Below are positions 8,174 through 9,817 of a DNA stretch of 9,817 nt, piece by piece. Each line of letters begins with the position of its first letter. Position 1 is the stretch's first letter. The position numbers and the translations under genes were made by a program. The notes below the pieces were generated by a model that worked only from the letters and a program-made list of their open reading frames with translations, ran no database searches and was not told the origin of the DNA. The stretch is taken from contig JBHGNT010001324.1 of NCBI GenBank assembly GCA_043228905.1, positions 1 through 9,817 on the forward strand, read 5' to 3'. The stretch is from Azolla caroliniana (taxonomy: Eukaryota; Plantae; Polypodiophyta).

Positions 8174-9817
8174 TTATGCAACTATTTTTTCCTGGTTTTT
8201 AGCCCTCATGGCTTCAATTTTTGCTGCCTCCTCTTGCATACCAGCAGCCGTATAGATGTTTGTCATAGCTATGTAAGCTGTGCTACTATTGTTATCAAGT
8301 TGCATTGCTTGTTCAAAGGCTAGTCTTCCGAGTTTCACATTTCCATTCTTTTGACATGCACCCAATAGAGCACCCCATATAGGAGGATAATCTGAAAATG
8401 GCATCTTTTTTATCAACGCCATCACTTTATCAAAATGTCCAGCACGACCAAAAAGATCAACCATGCATGTGTAATGCTCTAAGTTTGGGACAAGGCCATA
8501 TTTTTCAGTCATACTATCAAAATACATTTGACCTTCATCTATGAGCCCAGAGTGACTACATGCATTGAGAACAGAAAGGAGTGTCACCTCATTCGGAGCC
8601 ACATCATCTTTTTGCATTCTTTCAAAGCAATACAATGCTTCCAAACCCTCTCCACGCTGTGCATAACCTGAAATCAATGCATTCCACGAGATTACAGCAC
8701 GGACAGGAAGATCGTCAAGTACTTTTTGTGCCTTTGTTAATGCACCACATTTGGCATACATATCCACCACTGCATTTCCAAGCGCAACGTCTTTTCCAAG
8801 CAAATTTTTATTGACAATATCATCATGAATCATACCACCCTTCTCAATTGCCCCTACTCCTCCACATGCCTTCAAGATGCAAGATAAGGTTATTACATTA
8901 GGAGAAAGACCCTCATGTTGCATCTTATCAAAACATTTCAATGCTTCCTCACTTTGACCTTGTTGTGAATATCCTGTGATTAGGGCTGACCACGATACTA
9001 CATTCCGAACAGGCATATTTTCAAGTAATTCATGTGCTTTTGTAAGATCACCAAACTTCGCATACATGTCAACCAAAGCAGTGCCAAGCACAACATCATT
9101 TTCCAGCAATCCCCTCTTCACAATCTCTTCATGAATTTCTTTTCCCTTCTTGACATCTCCTACACTCCCACAAGCTTTCAAAATGCAAGCAAAGGTCACT
9201 GGATTTGGAGAGATGCCCTCTCTTTGCATTTGTTGGAAGGAATATAGAGTTTCTTCACCTTGCCCATGCTGGGTTAACCCAGCAATTAATATAGACCATG
9301 AGACCACATCCCTTTCAGGAAGTTCATAGAGCACTTTTTGTGCCTTTGTAAGTTCATCACATTTCACATACATATCGGCTAAGGCATTACCGAGCATGAT
9401 ATCTTTTCCCAACCACCCTTTGCCAACTATCTTTTCGTGAATCTCTATCCCCTTGTCGATGTCTTTTGTGATGCCACACGCCTTCAAGATGCAAGTAAAT
9501 ATTATTGTATTTGGAGTGAGGCCCTCCCGTTGCATTTGTTCAAAGCATTTCAGGGCTTCTTCTCCTTGTCCATGTTGTGTATATCCAGAGATTATTACTG
9601 ACCAGGAGACTATGTTCCGATCAGAAAGCTCATCAAATACTTGCCTTGCTTTTACAAGCGCACCACATTTGGCATACATGTCCACCAAAGTAGTGCCAAG
9701 CACGATATCTTTCTCAAGAAACCTTTTACTAACAATCTCATCATGGATTTGCTTGCCCTTATCAAGAGCTCCTATGCTTCCACACGCCTTCAAAATGCCA
9801 ATGAAAGAGACAACATT
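8174..9817 (-). CDS. PLS-class PPR protein, E subgroup, 5'-partial (14 PPR motifs visible + E1-E2, stop before DYW); paralog of 4259..6931
   Basis: The frame is open to the window edge (9817 down: NVVSFIGILKACG...), so the ORF-track start at 9793 is not the real start. Same P/L/S motifs, with L2 TLLSVLNACSHSGLIDEG, S2 EHYTCMVDLFGRAG, E1 IWGALLGACQKNGN and E2 AYIAMTNIYTAAG; ends ...IEAMRAKNQEKIVA*. Confidence 0.95.
   Translation of the reverse strand, partial: NVVSFIGILKACGSIGALDKGKQIHDEIVSKRFLEKDIVLGTTLVDMYAKCGALVKARQVFDELSDRNIVSWSVIISGYTQHGQGEEALKCFEQMQREGLTPNTIIFTCILKACGITKDIDKGIEIHEKIVGKGWLGKDIMLGNALADMYVKCDELTKAQKVLYELPERDVVSWSILIAGLTQHGQGEETLYSFQQMQREGISPNPVTFACILKACGSVGDVKKGKEIHEEIVKRGLLENDVVLGTALVDMYAKFGDLTKAHELLENMPVRNVVSWSALITGYSQQGQSEEALKCFDKMQHEGLSPNVITLSCILKACGGVGAIEKGGMIHDDIVNKNLLGKDVALGNAVVDMYAKCGALTKAQKVLDDLPVRAVISWNALISGYAQRGEGLEALYCFERMQKDDVAPNEVTLLSVLNACSHSGLIDEGQMYFDSMTEKYGLVPNLEHYTCMVDLFGRAGHFDKVMALIKKMPFSDYPPIWGALLGACQKNGNVKLGRLAFEQAMQLDNNSSTAYIAMTNIYTAAGMQEEAAKIEAMRAKNQEKIVA

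Noticed and set aside
8581-9247. Plus-strand ORFs 8581..8814 and 9032..9247
   Set aside because: Antisense to the minus-strand PPR CDS; no recognisable motifs.

Overview
AT-rich land-plant nuclear DNA, most likely a fern or another seed-free vascular plant (inferred from the PPR/DYW subtype and a chromovirus-like relic). It holds two intronless, convergently oriented paralogous PLS-class PPR genes of the organellar RNA-editing-factor type: 4259..6931 (+, 23 PPR motifs + E1/E2) and 8174..>9817 (-, 5' end outside the window). Both ORFs stop just after E2 and encode no DYW deaminase. A decayed DYW domain lies directly behind the minus-strand gene (8173..7430). Its zinc-binding core was tandemly triplicated (~170/208/203 bp units), apparently after it had been inactivated. 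The upstream 3.4 kb is mobile-element debris: a chromovirus chromodomain fragment, a very degenerate minus-strand LINE reverse transcriptase, and a MITE-like element. The LINE is interrupted by a ~750 bp degenerate PPR fragment with an A-rich tail and a 40-bp flanking direct repeat (candidate PPR retrocopy). I see no convincing wholly new system. The most notable content is a compact record of PPR editing-factor birth (retroposition, inverted duplication) and decay (DYW loss).
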